From Candidatus Pyrohabitans jungbluthii (lineage in GTDB: Archaea > Hydrothermarchaeota > Hydrothermarchaeia > Hydrothermarchaeales > BMS3B): a stretch of DNA of 64,000 nt. Positions within the stretch are counted from its first letter, which is position 1; the number at the start of each line of letters is the position of its first letter. Below are positions 47,623 through 58,601 of this stretch, in pieces. Location of the stretch: the NCBI GenBank assembly GCA_002010065.2, contig MTMD02000001.1, forward strand, positions 1 to 64,000, given 5' to 3'. A model generated the notes under the pieces. The model saw nothing but the letters and a program-made list of their open reading frames with translations, did no database searches and was not told the origin of the DNA. Position numbers and translations under genes: made by a program.

Positions 47623-47760
47623 TTATATTGTTTTTGATAATTTCGGTGAGCATATTTCTCTTGATGCTTGCGTAGGTCTGTTTAGAATAATAACACGTTC
47701 TCTCAGCTTCTTTGCCCTGCCGAGCAACCTTTCTGTCTTTTCAATTTTAACTTGCTCCAT
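47623..47760 (-). pseudogene. 45-codon ORF coupled to cas6; probable stump of a deleted gene
   Basis: GGGGAGGTGA RBS overlapping the cas6 stop, then MEQVKIEKTERLLG... running into AT-rich sequence. Confidence 0.35.
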
Positions 47761-47765
47761 TAAAA

Positions 47766-48545
47766 TCACCTCCCCACCTTCACCTCCATGAAGCCGAAGC
47801 CAAGGGAGTTGCGTTCCCCGAAGCCGGCGTCTAAGCCGAACTGCAAAAGCTCACGCTGCTCCCTCGTTAAATGCGAGAAGTGAAACTCCCACAGAGAGGC
47901 GAACACCTTTACCTCGCGGTTTTTGATGAGCAGGTGATTGCACACCTGCTTCCTGAACACAAACTGCTGGAAGAGCGGGAGGTAGCGCTCTTCTTCCACA
48001 TCAGCGCCCAGAAAATGTTTGTACTTCTTAATCAGGTTATCCTCAAGCTGGCGCAGGAAGGCTTCGAAGGCTATGTTGGGACGCCAGTAAACGTAGGCGT
48101 GCTCGCTGCGTATGCCGTACTTAGCATAGCTCCTCTTTGGGATGCGCACTATAATGGGTGTTCTGGTGACAAGCGCGACGCTATGCTTAACCTTCGGGCG
48201 GGCTATCCTAATCTCTCTAAGATAGAAGCGCATATTGCCGAGGTTTACAACCTCTCGCTCCAGAAGCGACTCTGCAAAGGTGCGGATAAGCTCATTGTCG
48301 GGTGAAGAGATTGCCACGTAGCGCGTGTCGCCCTCGCCAATATCGAAGGGCGAGTAGATGTTGGAAAAGCAGAAGTACTTGTAACCTCTGGCGTCGTGGA
48401 GGTGCTCGTAGGCGGTGCCCCTCAGAAGGCTGTACACAAAGCCCTGGAGCTTGGCATGGTAGCGCAGGTCGTAAGCGTAGTCGCCGGCGCTCTCAAGCGT
48501 GAGTATCAGCCTGCTTATCTTCCACCCCTCCCATCTCGGCTGCAA
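47766..48545 (-). CDS. cas6: CRISPR-associated endoribonuclease Cas6 (orphan); start uncertain
   Basis: LH....YKYFCFS, ISSP, TPI, C-terminal G-loop GFGERNSLGFG. Confidence 0.9.
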   Translation of the reverse strand: MQPRWEGWKISRLILTLESAGDYAYDLRYHAKLQGFVYSLLRGTAYEHLHDARGYKYFCFSNIYSPFDIGEGDTRYVAISSPDNELIRTFAESLLEREVVNLGNMRFYLREIRIARPKVKHSVALVTRTPIIVRIPKRSYAKYGIRSEHAYVYWRPNIAFEAFLRQLEDNLIKKYKHFLGADVEEERYLPLFQQFVFRKQVCNHLLIKNREVKVFASLWEFHFSHLTREQRELLQFGLDAGFGERNSLGFGFMEVKVGR

Positions 48546-48560
48546 ACACAGGCGTTCCCC

Positions 48561-49976
48561 CTAGTAACTCCTGCCCATTATTATAACCTTCTCCGCCTTT
48601 TCGCCGCAGCCCACGCAGGTGCCCTGCGCTGGCTCCTCATCGAGAATACCTAAAATGTCAACATCGACGCGGTCTTCTATACTCTTGCCGCAGGCTTCGC
48701 GCCCGCACCACATGGTTTTAACCACACCGCCCTTCTCCACAACCAGCTTCTTTATCTCCTCTATGCTTGCGGCGGTGTGGATCCTGCTCTCCATCTCCCG
48801 CCACGCACGCTCCTTCAAGTTTGAGGATATCTCTGCAAGCGTCTCGCGCACGCGCTTGCGAACCTCGCTGCGAGGCACTGAGAAGCGCTCACCGGTGTCG
48901 CGGCGCACCAGAGTAACCTTACCCTGCTCAATATCCCTGGGGCCGAGCTCTACCCTGAGAGGTACGCCGCGAATCTCCCAGTCGTAGTACTTGCTTCCGG
49001 GGCGAATATCTCGAGAATCCACGTGAACTCTAAAATCGCGGAGCTCTTCTCTAAGCTTCTCCACCTCACTATCAACAAGCTCCTTCTTATCCTTGAACCA
49101 GATGGGCACAACCACAACCTGAATGGGCGCCACCTCTGGCATTAAGCATAAGCCAGAGTCGTCGCCGTGCAGGGCGAGAAGCGCTGCTATAACGCGGTCG
49201 CTTATGCCATAGCATGTCTGGTACGCGTACTCCTGCTCACCCTTTGGGTTCTCAAAAGTTATGTCGAAGGTGCGAGAGAAGTTCTGCCCGAGATTGTGGA
49301 CGGTGCCGATCTGCAGTGTCCTTCCGTCAGGGAAGATGGTGTCAAAAGCCATCGTATACTCAGCGCCGGGGAACTTGTCCCAGTCTGGGCGCCTCGAGAT
49401 AATGTAGGGTATCCCCAGGGTGTCGAAAAAGCTTCTGTAGCATGAAATTGCCTCACGCACCTGCCTCTCAGCATCCTCCATGCTTGCATGCGCGGTGTGC
49501 GCCTCCTTGAAGGTGGTAATCTCGCGAAGGCGAATAAGCGGACGGGTGTGCTTGGTCTCGTAGCGGAAGGTGTTTACCACCTGATAGATCTTCAGGGGCA
49601 TGTCCGCGTGGCTTCTTATCCAGAGCGCAAAGATGGGATAAATGGCGGTCTCGCTGGTTGGGCGAAGGGCAAGCTTGACCTTGAGAGGCTCAAGGCCGCC
49701 GTGGGTAACCCAGTAAACCTCATCCTCAAAGCCTGCGATGTGCTTTGCCTCTTTAGCAAACTCATGCTCAGGTATAAGTAGTGGAAACAGCGCCTCCTCG
49801 TGACCCGTGCCGTCGAGGATTCTTCGGATAAGCTCCACCACATGGCGGCGAATTTTAAAGCCGTAGGGGTACCACACGTAAACACCCTTAACAGGGTACC
49901 GCACATCCAGAATCTCTGCCTTCTCAATTATCTCATTGTACCACTCGCTGAAGTTCTTCTTCCACTTCTCGCGCAT
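48561..49976 (-). CDS. proS: Proline--tRNA ligase
   Basis: RYPVKG, LRPTSET, FRYETK, GQNFS, GVPLR.E.GPRD. Confidence 0.96.
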   Translation of the reverse strand: MREKWKKNFSEWYNEIIEKAEILDVRYPVKGVYVWYPYGFKIRRHVVELIRRILDGTGHEEALFPLLIPEHEFAKEAKHIAGFEDEVYWVTHGGLEPLKVKLALRPTSETAIYPIFALWIRSHADMPLKIYQVVNTFRYETKHTRPLIRLREITTFKEAHTAHASMEDAERQVREAISCYRSFFDTLGIPYIISRRPDWDKFPGAEYTMAFDTIFPDGRTLQIGTVHNLGQNFSRTFDITFENPKGEQEYAYQTCYGISDRVIAALLALHGDDSGLCLMPEVAPIQVVVVPIWFKDKKELVDSEVEKLREELRDFRVHVDSRDIRPGSKYYDWEIRGVPLRVELGPRDIEQGKVTLVRRDTGERFSVPRSEVRKRVRETLAEISSNLKERAWREMESRIHTAASIEEIKKLVVEKGGVVKTMWCGREACGKSIEDRVDVDILGILDEEPAQGTCVGCGEKAEKVIIMGRSY

Positions 49977-50033
49977 CTCATCACCGTTGCATTGCCTAGC
50001 GACGTCAACGCATGCGTTATAACTTTACCATAT

Positions 50034-50612
50034 TTAAAGGTTGCCTGCAGCTATATCAGCGAAGTAGCGGTGCAGGCGAGAGTCGCGGGTAAGCTCTGGA
50101 TGAAAGGCACAGGCTAAGTAGCGCCCCTGCCTGGCGAGCACAATTGCATCGTCAACGCGGGCGAGAACTTCTACACCCTTACCAGCGCGAGTTATAATGG
50201 GAGCGCGGATGAACACTGCATGGAAAGGCTTCTCTCCTAGCGCTGGTATCGTCAGGTCAACCTCAAAGCTCTCTCGCTGCCTGCCGAAGGCGTTTCTCGC
50301 CACGGTGATGTCCATAAGCTTTAGCGAAAACTGCTCATATCCTTCAATCTCCTTGGCAAGGAGAATTGCCCCTGCGCAGGTGCCGAAGATCGCCAGCTCT
50401 GGATTTGCGTGAATCGCCTTATCTATGCCGTACTTCTGTATGAGCTTTCCTATGGTGGTGCTCTCCCCGCCGGGAATCACAAGTCCGTCAAGCTTGCTTA
50501 CCTGCTCCGCCTTCTTCACCGCTATAACCTCTCCCCTCCTGCGAATCGCCCGCTTCATAGCTGAGAGGTGCTCCGCAACGTCGCCCTGAAGTGCAAGCAC
50601 ACCCACCTTCAT
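50034..50612 (-). CDS. pdxT: PLP synthase glutaminase subunit
   Basis: LALQG, PGGEST, GTCAG, FHPE. Confidence 0.95.
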   Translation of the reverse strand: MKVGVLALQGDVAEHLSAMKRAIRRRGEVIAVKKAEQVSKLDGLVIPGGESTTIGKLIQKYGIDKAIHANPELAIFGTCAGAILLAKEIEGYEQFSLKLMDITVARNAFGRQRESFEVDLTIPALGEKPFHAVFIRAPIITRAGKGVEVLARVDDAIVLARQGRYLACAFHPELTRDSRLHRYFADIAAGNL

Positions 50613-50615
50613 GGC

Positions 50616-51521
50616 TTAGCCTCCCTGCCTCGCTAGTTCAGAATCTATTATCACCTTAAACGCCTCAAAAGGCTGCGCTCCCTTTAGAGGAATGCCGTTT
50701 ATGAAGAACGCCGGCGTGCCCGTGACGCCTGCGTTGATTCCATCCTGAAAGTCCTTTCTAACTTCCTCCTCGTACTTACCGGAGGCAAGACAGATCTTAA
50801 AGCTCTCCACGTCAAGAGAAAGCTGCTGCGCATACTCAACAAAAGCCTCCTCTCCGCGAGCTGACCAGTCGGTTTGCTTCTCAAACAGCACATCGTGGTA
50901 CTCGAAGTACTTGCCCTGCTCTCCGGCGCAGTTCGCGGCTTCTGCGGCTTTTAACGCATACGCATGAATGTTCTCCAGCGGGAAGTCGCGGTAGACAAAG
51001 CGCACCTTGCCCTCGTATGTTTCGAGTATTTTATCCAGCGTCTCCTCCCTAAACTTCCTGCAGAAGGGACACTGGTAGTCGGAAAACTCGATTATCACAA
51101 CGGGAGCATCGCTTGGACCAATCGCCGGGTCGTCGTCCTCGCTCACCTCCACCCGCTGAGGCTCTGGTTTCTGAATGGGCTGGGACATATTTACCATCTT
51201 AAGCACGAGGATTTCGCCATCCTTGGTTACGTATACGGGGGTAACCTCCAGCACATTTCCGGCATGGGTAATCTCAATATCAAGGCGGTAGAGGTAATCT
51301 CCATAGGGTGAGGAGTTGACCACTCTGCCGCTCAACCCCTGCGGTTTGAGGAAATTCTCGTCAATATACGCGAACGTTTTCTCCCCCAGCTGCTGCGCAT
51401 CTAACGCAGCGGAGGGTGTAGAGGTGGCTTCCCGCTCACCAAGCGTGTTAGCCATGAAGTAGCCAATAGCGATGCCAATGGCAATACCCACTACAATAAG
51501 CTGCAGGGCTCTGTTATCCAT
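50616..51521 (-). CDS. Membrane-anchored DsbA-family oxidoreductase
   Basis: TM anchor, FSDYQCPFC, GTPAF. Confidence 0.9.
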   Translation of the reverse strand: MDNRALQLIVVGIAIGIAIGYFMANTLGEREATSTPSAALDAQQLGEKTFAYIDENFLKPQGLSGRVVNSSPYGDYLYRLDIEITHAGNVLEVTPVYVTKDGEILVLKMVNMSQPIQKPEPQRVEVSEDDDPAIGPSDAPVVIIEFSDYQCPFCRKFREETLDKILETYEGKVRFVYRDFPLENIHAYALKAAEAANCAGEQGKYFEYHDVLFEKQTDWSARGEEAFVEYAQQLSLDVESFKICLASGKYEEEVRKDFQDGINAGVTGTPAFFINGIPLKGAQPFEAFKVIIDSELARQGG

Positions 51522-51535
51522 CTAAATCTCCGTCC

Positions 51536-52417
51536 CTACACACCGCGCACCTGTAGAAGCTCTTCTGGCTTGAGCTGGCGTATGTCGAGACCCTTCATAG
51601 GTTCGCCTATGCCCTTAGAAATCTCCGCAAGAAGTTCAAAGTCGTCATAATGCGTTGTCGCCTCGACTATTGCACGCGCCCTCGCCTCGGGATCAGAGGA
51701 CTTGAATATGCCAGAGCCCACGAAGATGCCGTCTGCGCCAAGCTGCATCATAAGCGAGGCATCCGCGGGAGTAGCTATTCCACCCGCGGCGAAGTTCACC
51801 ACGGGTAGGCGACCAAGCTTGGCGGTCTCCCGCACAAGGTCGAGAGGAGCCTGGAGTTCCTTGGCGGCATAGTAGAGCTCATCCTCCCGCATGCTCTTGA
51901 GGCGGCGAATCTCGCCCATAACCAGGCGCATGTGGCGCACAGCTTCGACGATATTCCCGCTGCCTGCCTCGCCCTTAGTGCGGATCATCGCAGCGCCCTC
52001 GGCGATTCTGCGCAGCGCTTCCCCGAGATTGCGCGCGCCGCACACGAAGGGCACCTTAAATTTGTGCTTGTCTATATGGTTCTGCTCGTCCGCAGGCGTT
52101 AAAACCTCGCTCTCATCTATAAAATCAACGCCCATCGCCTCGAGAATCTGAGCCTCGGCGAAGTGTCCTATCCTCACCTTCGCCATCACAGGTATGCTCA
52201 CAGCATCCATAATCTCCTGAATCTTCGCAGGGTCAGCCATTCTCGCCACGCCGCCAGCGGCGCGTATATCCGCAGGGACTTTCTCCAGAGCCATCACCGC
52301 GACTGCGCCAGCGTCCTCGGCGATGCCCGCCTGCTCGGCGTTGGTAACGTCCATGATAACACCGCCTTTCAGCATCTGCGCCAGACCACGCTTCACCTTC
52401 ACAGTACCTTTCTTCAC
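51536..52417 (-). CDS. pdxS: PLP synthase lyase subunit
   Basis: [25 protein letters not shown]; GTG at 52417 after GGAGG. Confidence 0.95.
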   Translation of the reverse strand: MKKGTVKVKRGLAQMLKGGVIMDVTNAEQAGIAEDAGAVAVMALEKVPADIRAAGGVARMADPAKIQEIMDAVSIPVMAKVRIGHFAEAQILEAMGVDFIDESEVLTPADEQNHIDKHKFKVPFVCGARNLGEALRRIAEGAAMIRTKGEAGSGNIVEAVRHMRLVMGEIRRLKSMREDELYYAAKELQAPLDLVRETAKLGRLPVVNFAAGGIATPADASLMMQLGADGIFVGSGIFKSSDPEARARAIVEATTHYDDFELLAEISKGIGEPMKGLDIRQLKPEELLQVRGV

Positions 52418-52418
52418 T

Positions 52419-53765
52419 TCAATCCCTCCTGAGTATGAACCTCTTAACCGCAAGCTTCTTCTTCGCTGCCCTTGCAGCAGCTTCCTCTATCCTGCGCCTC
52501 ATCTCAGCCATCATCTCGGGCTCTTCTTCTCCCACAATCTTTTTAACCTTCGTGTACGCTGCCTCTCTGAACTTAGCCTTGAGCTCGCGCTCGCCCTCGC
52601 TGTTCTCAAGGTAAGCTCCTCTGCCTACTTCTACTCTTCCTACCTCATAAACTTTTGCCACACCGCGAAGTGCCGCTTTTACCTCGGCAGCGCTATCCTG
52701 AGGCAGGATGAGCATAAGAGAGTCAGTGCTTATCCCGAGGGGGTCAATCTCAAGCTCCTGAAGCATCTCAAGAACCCTCGGGTTAACCGACTTATAAAGC
52801 TCCTCCTCGTAGAACACCAGCTTTTTGCGAGCGGTGCGGGAGATTTCCCATGCGTCGCCCCGTACACCGCCGTTGGTAACATCGCTCATGGCGTGCACCT
52901 CGCTAAGAAGACTGCGCTCCATCACCGCCTCACATGCTTGCATGAACTCCACATTCAGCGTTTCTTTAACCACGTCGTAGCGCTGGTGGTATATTGCTAT
53001 TGTTGAGACCGTGCCCCCGCCTTTTCCTTCTGTGAGCAGGATAACGTCTCCAGCCTCCGCTTGCCTCCTCGCCTTTGGAGGCTCGCGAGAAGTGCCAACC
53101 GCAGCGACGCTGGCAACGAGGCGCTCACCAAACACCATATCGCCGCCCACGCGCAGCGTACTCCCTGCGACGAGAGGAGTAGAGCAAAGCTCACCCACGC
53201 AGGCTACGCCGGCTGTGAAGTCGAAGAGCTTGCCTATGTCGCCATCATCGGCAAGGTGCAAATCGCTTATAAGCGCTCTGGGTTTAGAGCCCATTACATA
53301 CACATCCCGAAGCGCCGCTCTGGCTGCGTGGAAGCCGGCGAGAAAAGGAAACTCGCTCAAGCGAGAGTGCATGCCGTCAACGGCTACGGTGATGTACCCT
53401 GCCTCGCCGGCTACGACCCCGGCGTCGTCCTGCTGGCGCGCGTCCACCACCGCTTTGGTGGCGCCGATAATCTGGGCCAGCTTGCGGTGCACAAAAAAGT
53501 CGCCCTCGCCGCGAGAGCCAACACCGAACTCGCCCATGCCAACGCCTGCCTCAGCGTAGCCCAGAAGCTCCTGCAGGAAGGTGTCATTCAGCTTACGAAA
53601 GCCTAAGGAAGCCTTCACCTCCTCCACAACAGCACGAGCGAAGCGTAGGCGCTGCTCCTCGCTCCAGTCTTTAAATTCGGCAATGCGCTCCGCAAGTGCC
53701 TCAGCTACCCTGGCTTCATCCTCGCCTTTGAGCAGCCTTTTTCGAACGAATCCTTCAAGATCCAT
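52419..53765 (-). CDS. AIR synthase/HypE-related protein
   Basis: [19 protein letters not shown] (PurM-like fold). Confidence 0.8.
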   Translation of the reverse strand: MDLEGFVRKRLLKGEDEARVAEALAERIAEFKDWSEEQRLRFARAVVEEVKASLGFRKLNDTFLQELLGYAEAGVGMGEFGVGSRGEGDFFVHRKLAQIIGATKAVVDARQQDDAGVVAGEAGYITVAVDGMHSRLSEFPFLAGFHAARAALRDVYVMGSKPRALISDLHLADDGDIGKLFDFTAGVACVGELCSTPLVAGSTLRVGGDMVFGERLVASVAAVGTSREPPKARRQAEAGDVILLTEGKGGGTVSTIAIYHQRYDVVKETLNVEFMQACEAVMERSLLSEVHAMSDVTNGGVRGDAWEISRTARKKLVFYEEELYKSVNPRVLEMLQELEIDPLGISTDSLMLILPQDSAAEVKAALRGVAKVYEVGRVEVGRGAYLENSEGERELKAKFREAAYTKVKKIVGEEEPEMMAEMRRRIEEAAARAAKKKLAVKRFILRRD

Positions 53766-53800
53766 TAACAGCTCCACTCTTTATATATGTCAATACTAAC

Positions 53801-53886
53801 CGGCACGGATGGGGTGATATGGACGGGGAAGGCGTCCTCATAACGGTGAGGATGGGGTAATAGGGGCGGGTGCGGCGCCCCTATAA
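53801..53886 (+). repeat. Two tandem 43-nt hairpin repeat units (locus 1)
   Basis: CGGCACGGATGGGGTGATATGGACGGGGAAGGCGTCCTCATAA and CGGTGAGGATGGGGTAATAGGGGCGGGTGCGGCGCCCCTATAA. Confidence 0.85.
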
Positions 53887-53930
53887 AAAGGTTAATATAT
53901 CGACTGCAATATTTTATAGCGGGTGCTGAG

Positions 53931-54311
53931 ATGAAGGTCAAAGAGATAATGCACGGCATAACTGTGGTGAAGCCAGATACTAGCGTTAAAGAAGTCGCCG
54001 AGCTGATGACGGCGAAGCGCATAGGTTCAGTGCTGGTTGAGCTTGCACCTCTGCGCTACGGCATACTCACAGAGAGAGATATCCTGACCAAAGTCGTGGC
54101 AAACGACGTTGACCCGAAGAGCGTCAAGGCAAAGGAGATTATGACTGAGCTTCGCGTGACCATAGACGCAGAAGCAAGCGTGGAGAAGGCGTCGGAAATA
54201 CTCAATGTGCACCATATCCGCCGCCTGCCGGTGATGAAGGACGGCGAAATCGTGGGCATGGTCACCGCTCGCGACGTGGCGAAGGCGTGCATGAGGTTAT
54301 TCTCAAGGTAG
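53931..54311 (+). CDS. CBS-domain protein
   Basis: Two CBS repeats (GILTERDI, RRLPV). Confidence 0.9.
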   Translation: MKVKEIMHGITVVKPDTSVKEVAELMTAKRIGSVLVELAPLRYGILTERDILTKVVANDVDPKSVKAKEIMTELRVTIDAEASVEKASEILNVHHIRRLPVMKDGEIVGMVTARDVAKACMRLFSR

Positions 54312-54379
54312 CCACAAAATATTTATAATGAAAAATCGTGATAATTGTTAATATCGGTGATTGTCGTAGAGGTGAAGAA

Positions 54380-55504
54380 ATGAAGCTTGCCTATGTTGGC
54401 TTGCCCTGTCAGCTTCAGGCGCTACGAAAGCTGCAGCTCTTCTCTGACCAGCTTGGCCAGGAGTGGGCTAACAGCGTGAGCCTTACTATTGGGCTGTTCT
54501 GCCGCGAGAACTGGGCGTACACCTGTTTCCGCGCCCTGGTTGAGGACGACTACGGCGTGAAGCTGAGCGAGGTTGAGAAGTTCGACATAAAGAAGGGCAA
54601 AGTTATAGGGATGCGCAACGGTGAGGTGGTGCTGGAGATACCCCTCGCGGAGACCAAGCCTTATGTGCGTGTGGGCTGCCAGGTTTGCCTCGACTTTTCC
54701 GCTGAGCTTGCAGACCTGAGCGTGGGCGCCGTGGGTTCGCCAGCGAAGTACAGCACCGTTATAGTGCGAACAAAGCGGGGTATGGACCTGCTTAAAGCAG
54801 CGGAACGCGAGGGCTACGTTGAGGTGAAGCACATAAGCGAGGTAAAGCCGGGACCGAAGCTGGTGCTCAAGCTCACAAAGGAGAAGCGCGACGAGAACCT
54901 CGCCGAGGCGGAGCGCAGAGAGCGCGCTGGCTACGTGGCTAAGCACATAGCCACGATGGGAGAGAACAATCTGGAGAAGCTGGTGGAGGAAGCCCAGGGC
55001 AAGAGCTTCGCTGATTTAGAAAAAGATGTTATAGACGCTGGCATGTGCATCTCATGCGGGACCTGCGTTGCGGTTGCGAGCGAACAGTTGGAGATGGTGG
55101 AGGAGCGCCCCCGCCTGAAGGAAGGTGCAAAGGGGGATGTGCCCAACGCTTACCTAGCATGTCCCCGCACCTCGCTGCCCAGCATGGTTATAGCCGAAAA
55201 GCTGTTCGCTGATGAGGGCGAAATGAATAGCGACAGCCTGGGGAAGTACATTGACATCTTCGCAGTCAAAGCCACGGATAAAGCAAAGCTCACCCGCTGG
55301 CAGGATGGTGGTGCAGTTACTGCGCTGCTGCTCTATGCGCTCAAGGCGGGAGAAATAGACGCGGCGATTACTGCGAAGCGTGACGAGAACTGGCGTCCAC
55401 TTGCAGTCGTAGCCTCGAGCGAGGAGGAGCTTCGCGAGACAGGAGGTACGCTCTACTGCTACGTGACCAACATGCCCCTGCTGCGGGAGGTGGCTTCAAA
55501 GTGA
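54380..55504 (+). CDS. FrhB/FdhB-family (F420-binding beta subunit-like) protein, circularly permuted
   Basis: FrhB C-domain motifs ([27 protein letters not shown]) come before CISCGTC...CPR and the FrhB N-domain motif [10 protein letters not shown]. Confidence 0.85.
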   Translation: MKLAYVGLPCQLQALRKLQLFSDQLGQEWANSVSLTIGLFCRENWAYTCFRALVEDDYGVKLSEVEKFDIKKGKVIGMRNGEVVLEIPLAETKPYVRVGCQVCLDFSAELADLSVGAVGSPAKYSTVIVRTKRGMDLLKAAEREGYVEVKHISEVKPGPKLVLKLTKEKRDENLAEAERRERAGYVAKHIATMGENNLEKLVEEAQGKSFADLEKDVIDAGMCISCGTCVAVASEQLEMVEERPRLKEGAKGDVPNAYLACPRTSLPSMVIAEKLFADEGEMNSDSLGKYIDIFAVKATDKAKLTRWQDGGAVTALLLYALKAGEIDAAITAKRDENWRPLAVVASSEEELRETGGTLYCYVTNMPLLREVASK

Positions 55505-56040
55505 AGGAAATACGCTTCCATGGTCGAGGAGGTCAGGGCGCAGTCACTGCTGCAGACCTGCTTGCAATGGCAGCCTTCTTTGACGGCAAGTACTCGCAGG
55601 CTTTCCCAAGCTTCGGCACAGAGCGCAGGGGGGCGCCTGTCACAGCGTTTGCCAGAATAAGCGACCGCTTCATCCGCTTGAGGAGTCAGATTTATGAGCC
55701 GGATTACATTGTGGTGCAGGACCCCTCGCTGCTCGAGGTTATAGATGTGGCGAAAGGACTTAAGAGCGATGGCAAGGCGCTTGTAAACACTGAGAAGAGC
55801 ACTTTGAAGCTAAACACCGAGGCTGAGGTTTACACGATAAACGCCACAAAGATTGCCCTCGACGTGCTGGGCGTGCCCATAGTCAACACCGCCATGATAG
55901 GTGCCTTTGCGGCGCTCACCAAAGAGGTTTCTCTGGATTCGGTAATAAAAGCGGTGCGCAGACGCTTTCCTGCAAAGCTCGCTGAAAAAAACGTTAAGGC
56001 GGTTGAGGTGGCGTACGAGAAGATGGAGGCCAAGCTATGA
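55501..56040 (+). CDS. porC: Pyruvate/2-oxoacid:ferredoxin oxidoreductase gamma subunit
   Basis: [26 protein letters not shown]. Confidence 0.93.
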   Translation: MKEIRFHGRGGQGAVTAADLLAMAAFFDGKYSQAFPSFGTERRGAPVTAFARISDRFIRLRSQIYEPDYIVVQDPSLLEVIDVAKGLKSDGKALVNTEKSTLKLNTEAEVYTINATKIALDVLGVPIVNTAMIGAFAALTKEVSLDSVIKAVRRRFPAKLAEKNVKAVEVAYEKMEAKL

Positions 56041-56300
56041 AGGTTAACATCGCAGCGTGCATCACTGAGCCCGGGAGCTCAGAGCGTAATAAGACTGGCG
56101 GCTGGCGCGTTTTCCGCCCGGTGATTAACAATGAGCGCTGCATAGACTGCGGAAGCTGCTGGATATTCTGCCCTGAGGCGTGCATATCCCGTGACGAGAA
56201 GGGCGAGTATGAGGTGGACCTGGACTTCTGCAAAGGCTGCGGAATCTGTGCAAATGAGTGCCCGTCTGAAGCTATAGAGATGGTGCTGGAGGAGAAGTGA
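56037..56300 (+). CDS. porD: Pyruvate/2-oxoacid:ferredoxin oxidoreductase delta subunit
   Basis: KTG.WR..RP and two CxxCxxCxxxCP motifs. Confidence 0.93.
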   Translation: MKVNIAACITEPGSSERNKTGGWRVFRPVINNERCIDCGSCWIFCPEACISRDEKGEYEVDLDFCKGCGICANECPSEAIEMVLEEK

Positions 56301-57472
56301 TGCCCCACAAGGATGTGATGCATGGCTCTCGCGCGGTTGCCGAGGCGGTAAGGCTGTGCGACGTTAAAGTGGTTGCCGCTTACCCAATTACACCCCAGAC
56401 GCACATCGTGGAAGACATCGCCGAGATGGTGGCAAACGGCGAGCTTAAGGCAGAGTACATAATGGTTGAGAGTGAGCACTCTGCCATGAGCGCATGTATT
56501 GGAGCGAGCGCTACAGGGGCAAGGGTGTTCACCGCCACTGCTTCGCAGGGGCTTGCGCTCATGCATGAGGTGCTGTGGATAGCCTCTGGCATGCGCCTTC
56601 CTATCGTCATGGTCAACGCAAACCGTGCGCTGAGTGCGCCGATAAACATCTGGAACGACCAGAGCGACTCCATCGCCGAGCGTGACTCTGGCTGGGTTCA
56701 GATTTACGTGGAGACCAACCAGGAGGCGCTGGACAGCGTGATTCAGGCTTACCGCATAGCTGAGCATAAGGATGTGCTCCTGCCCGTGATGGTGTGCATG
56801 GACGGCTTCGTGCTCACCCATACCGTGGAGCCGGTAGAGGTGCCTGACGAAGAGCAGGTGAAGCGCTATCTGCCTGAGTTTGACCCACCTTATGTGCTCG
56901 ACCCTGAGCAGCCTGTTACCATGGGTTCCCTGGGCGACCCCAACTACTATATGGAGTTCAGGAAGCAGCAGGAGCTTGCGATGGAGAATGCGCTTCGCGT
57001 GGCGAAGCAGGCGGATGAGGAGTTTAAGGAGATCTTCGGGCGAGGTTATGGTCTGGTCGAGGGCTACAACCTCGAAAACGCCGAGATTGTGCTGGTAACT
57101 ATGGGCTCCCTGGCAGGTACCATAAAAGAGACGCTCGACGCCCTAGGCGATGAGAAGGTTGGCCTGCTCAGGATCCGCCTCTTCCGCCCCTTCCCGAAGG
57201 AGGAGGTGCGGAAAGCACTTGCGCAGGCGAAGGTGATAAATGTAATTGAAAAAGATGTTTCCATCGGCTTTGGTGAAGGTGCTCTGATGACTGAGCTCAA
57301 GAGCGTGCTCTACGGCAGCAATGCAAAGATTCTCGGTACCGTCGCTGGGTTAGGCGGGCGAGACATAACCATGACGCACATCCGCGAGGCTATTGAGCGG
57401 GCAAAGCGTGCGCTGCGTGGCGAAAGCGTTGAAGAAGTAGCCTGGGCAGGTTTGAAGGAGGAAGCGCTGTGA
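56297..57472 (+). CDS. porA: Pyruvate/2-oxoacid:ferredoxin oxidoreductase alpha subunit
   Basis: [26 protein letters not shown]. Confidence 0.94.
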   Translation: MMPHKDVMHGSRAVAEAVRLCDVKVVAAYPITPQTHIVEDIAEMVANGELKAEYIMVESEHSAMSACIGASATGARVFTATASQGLALMHEVLWIASGMRLPIVMVNANRALSAPINIWNDQSDSIAERDSGWVQIYVETNQEALDSVIQAYRIAEHKDVLLPVMVCMDGFVLTHTVEPVEVPDEEQVKRYLPEFDPPYVLDPEQPVTMGSLGDPNYYMEFRKQQELAMENALRVAKQADEEFKEIFGRGYGLVEGYNLENAEIVLVTMGSLAGTIKETLDALGDEKVGLLRIRLFRPFPKEEVRKALAQAKVINVIEKDVSIGFGEGALMTELKSVLYGSNAKILGTVAGLGGRDITMTHIREAIERAKRALRGESVEEVAWAGLKEEAL

Positions 57473-58443
57473 AGGTCGTTGCAGATATTCCCAGCTATGT
57501 GAAGTGCCGCCACGTGTGCGGCGCAAGTTTAGCGGCTAACCGCTGCTTCAAGTTCAGACTCAATGTTAAAGATGTAAATGAAGAGGAGTATTTTGCTCCT
57601 GGACATAGAGGTTGCGCCGGCTGTGGTTGCACCATAGCCATGAGGCTTGCGCTTAAAGTCGCTGGTAAGAATGTGATTGTAACCCACGCAACTGGGTGCA
57701 TGGAGGTTATAAGTTCACCCTATCCAGAGACCGCCTGGCGCGTGCCCTGGATTCACGTCGCCTTTGAAAATTCCGCCGCCGTGGCGAGCGGCGTGGAAGC
57801 TGCGCTCAAAGCACTGGGTAAAAAGGACAGGGTTAAGGTAATCGCCTTTGGTGGCGACGGCGGTACTGTGGATATAGGCTTCCAGGCGCTCAGTGGCGCT
57901 CTGGAGCGCGGGCATGACTTCGTGTACATATGCTATGACAATGAGGCGTACATGAACACAGGTATACAGCGCTCTGGCTCCACGCCCTACGGAGCTAGCA
58001 CCACCACCTCACCCCCTGGCAAGGAGAGCTTTGGTAACAAAACCTTTAAGAAGGATATGCCCCACATAGTCGCTGCCCACGGCATACCCTACGTGGCCAC
58101 TGCAAGCGTGGCTTTCCCCCTAGACTACATGGAGAAGGTAAAGAAGGCGCTTAGCGTAGAGGGACCTGCGTATGTGCATGTGCACGCGCCCTGCACCCCC
58201 GGCTGGGGAATAGCCAGCGAGAAGAGCATAGAAGTCGCGAGGTTAGCGGTGGACAGCGGCATGTGGATACTCTACGAGATAGAGAATGGCAAAAGCAGGG
58301 TGACCTACAAGCCCACGGTGAAGAAGCCTGTGAAAGAGTACCTACGCATGCAGAAGCGCTTCCGCCACCTCACAGAGGAGCACATCGATGTGCTTCAGCG
58401 CTACGTTGACGAGCGCTGGGCGGAGGTCTTTGGTGAGGATTAA
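57469..58443 (+). CDS. porB: Pyruvate/2-oxoacid:ferredoxin oxidoreductase beta subunit
   Basis: [30 protein letters not shown]. Confidence 0.94.
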   Translation: MKVVADIPSYVKCRHVCGASLAANRCFKFRLNVKDVNEEEYFAPGHRGCAGCGCTIAMRLALKVAGKNVIVTHATGCMEVISSPYPETAWRVPWIHVAFENSAAVASGVEAALKALGKKDRVKVIAFGGDGGTVDIGFQALSGALERGHDFVYICYDNEAYMNTGIQRSGSTPYGASTTTSPPGKESFGNKTFKKDMPHIVAAHGIPYVATASVAFPLDYMEKVKKALSVEGPAYVHVHAPCTPGWGIASEKSIEVARLAVDSGMWILYEIENGKSRVTYKPTVKKPVKEYLRMQKRFRHLTEEHIDVLQRYVDERWAEVFGED

Positions 58444-58601
58444 TTAGCGAGGTCAGTAGTTTCAGAGGCACTGCATGGAGAGTGGCGACTTTTAGTTTTT
58501 TAATTCTTTAGCTTATACTTTATTTGCGATTATAATTACATTTTTGGTAAAAACGTAAGATTTATCTGTTTATCGAAGAAAAATTCAGCAATACTGGAAA
58601 G

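Noticed and set aside
53801-53886. 43-nt repeats read as a CRISPR mini-array or as peptide genes (GTDGVI/GEDGVI frames)
   Set aside because: No unique spacers; the 43-nt unit breaks frame and lacks consistent starts. Some substitutions look synonymous, so coding is not fully excluded.
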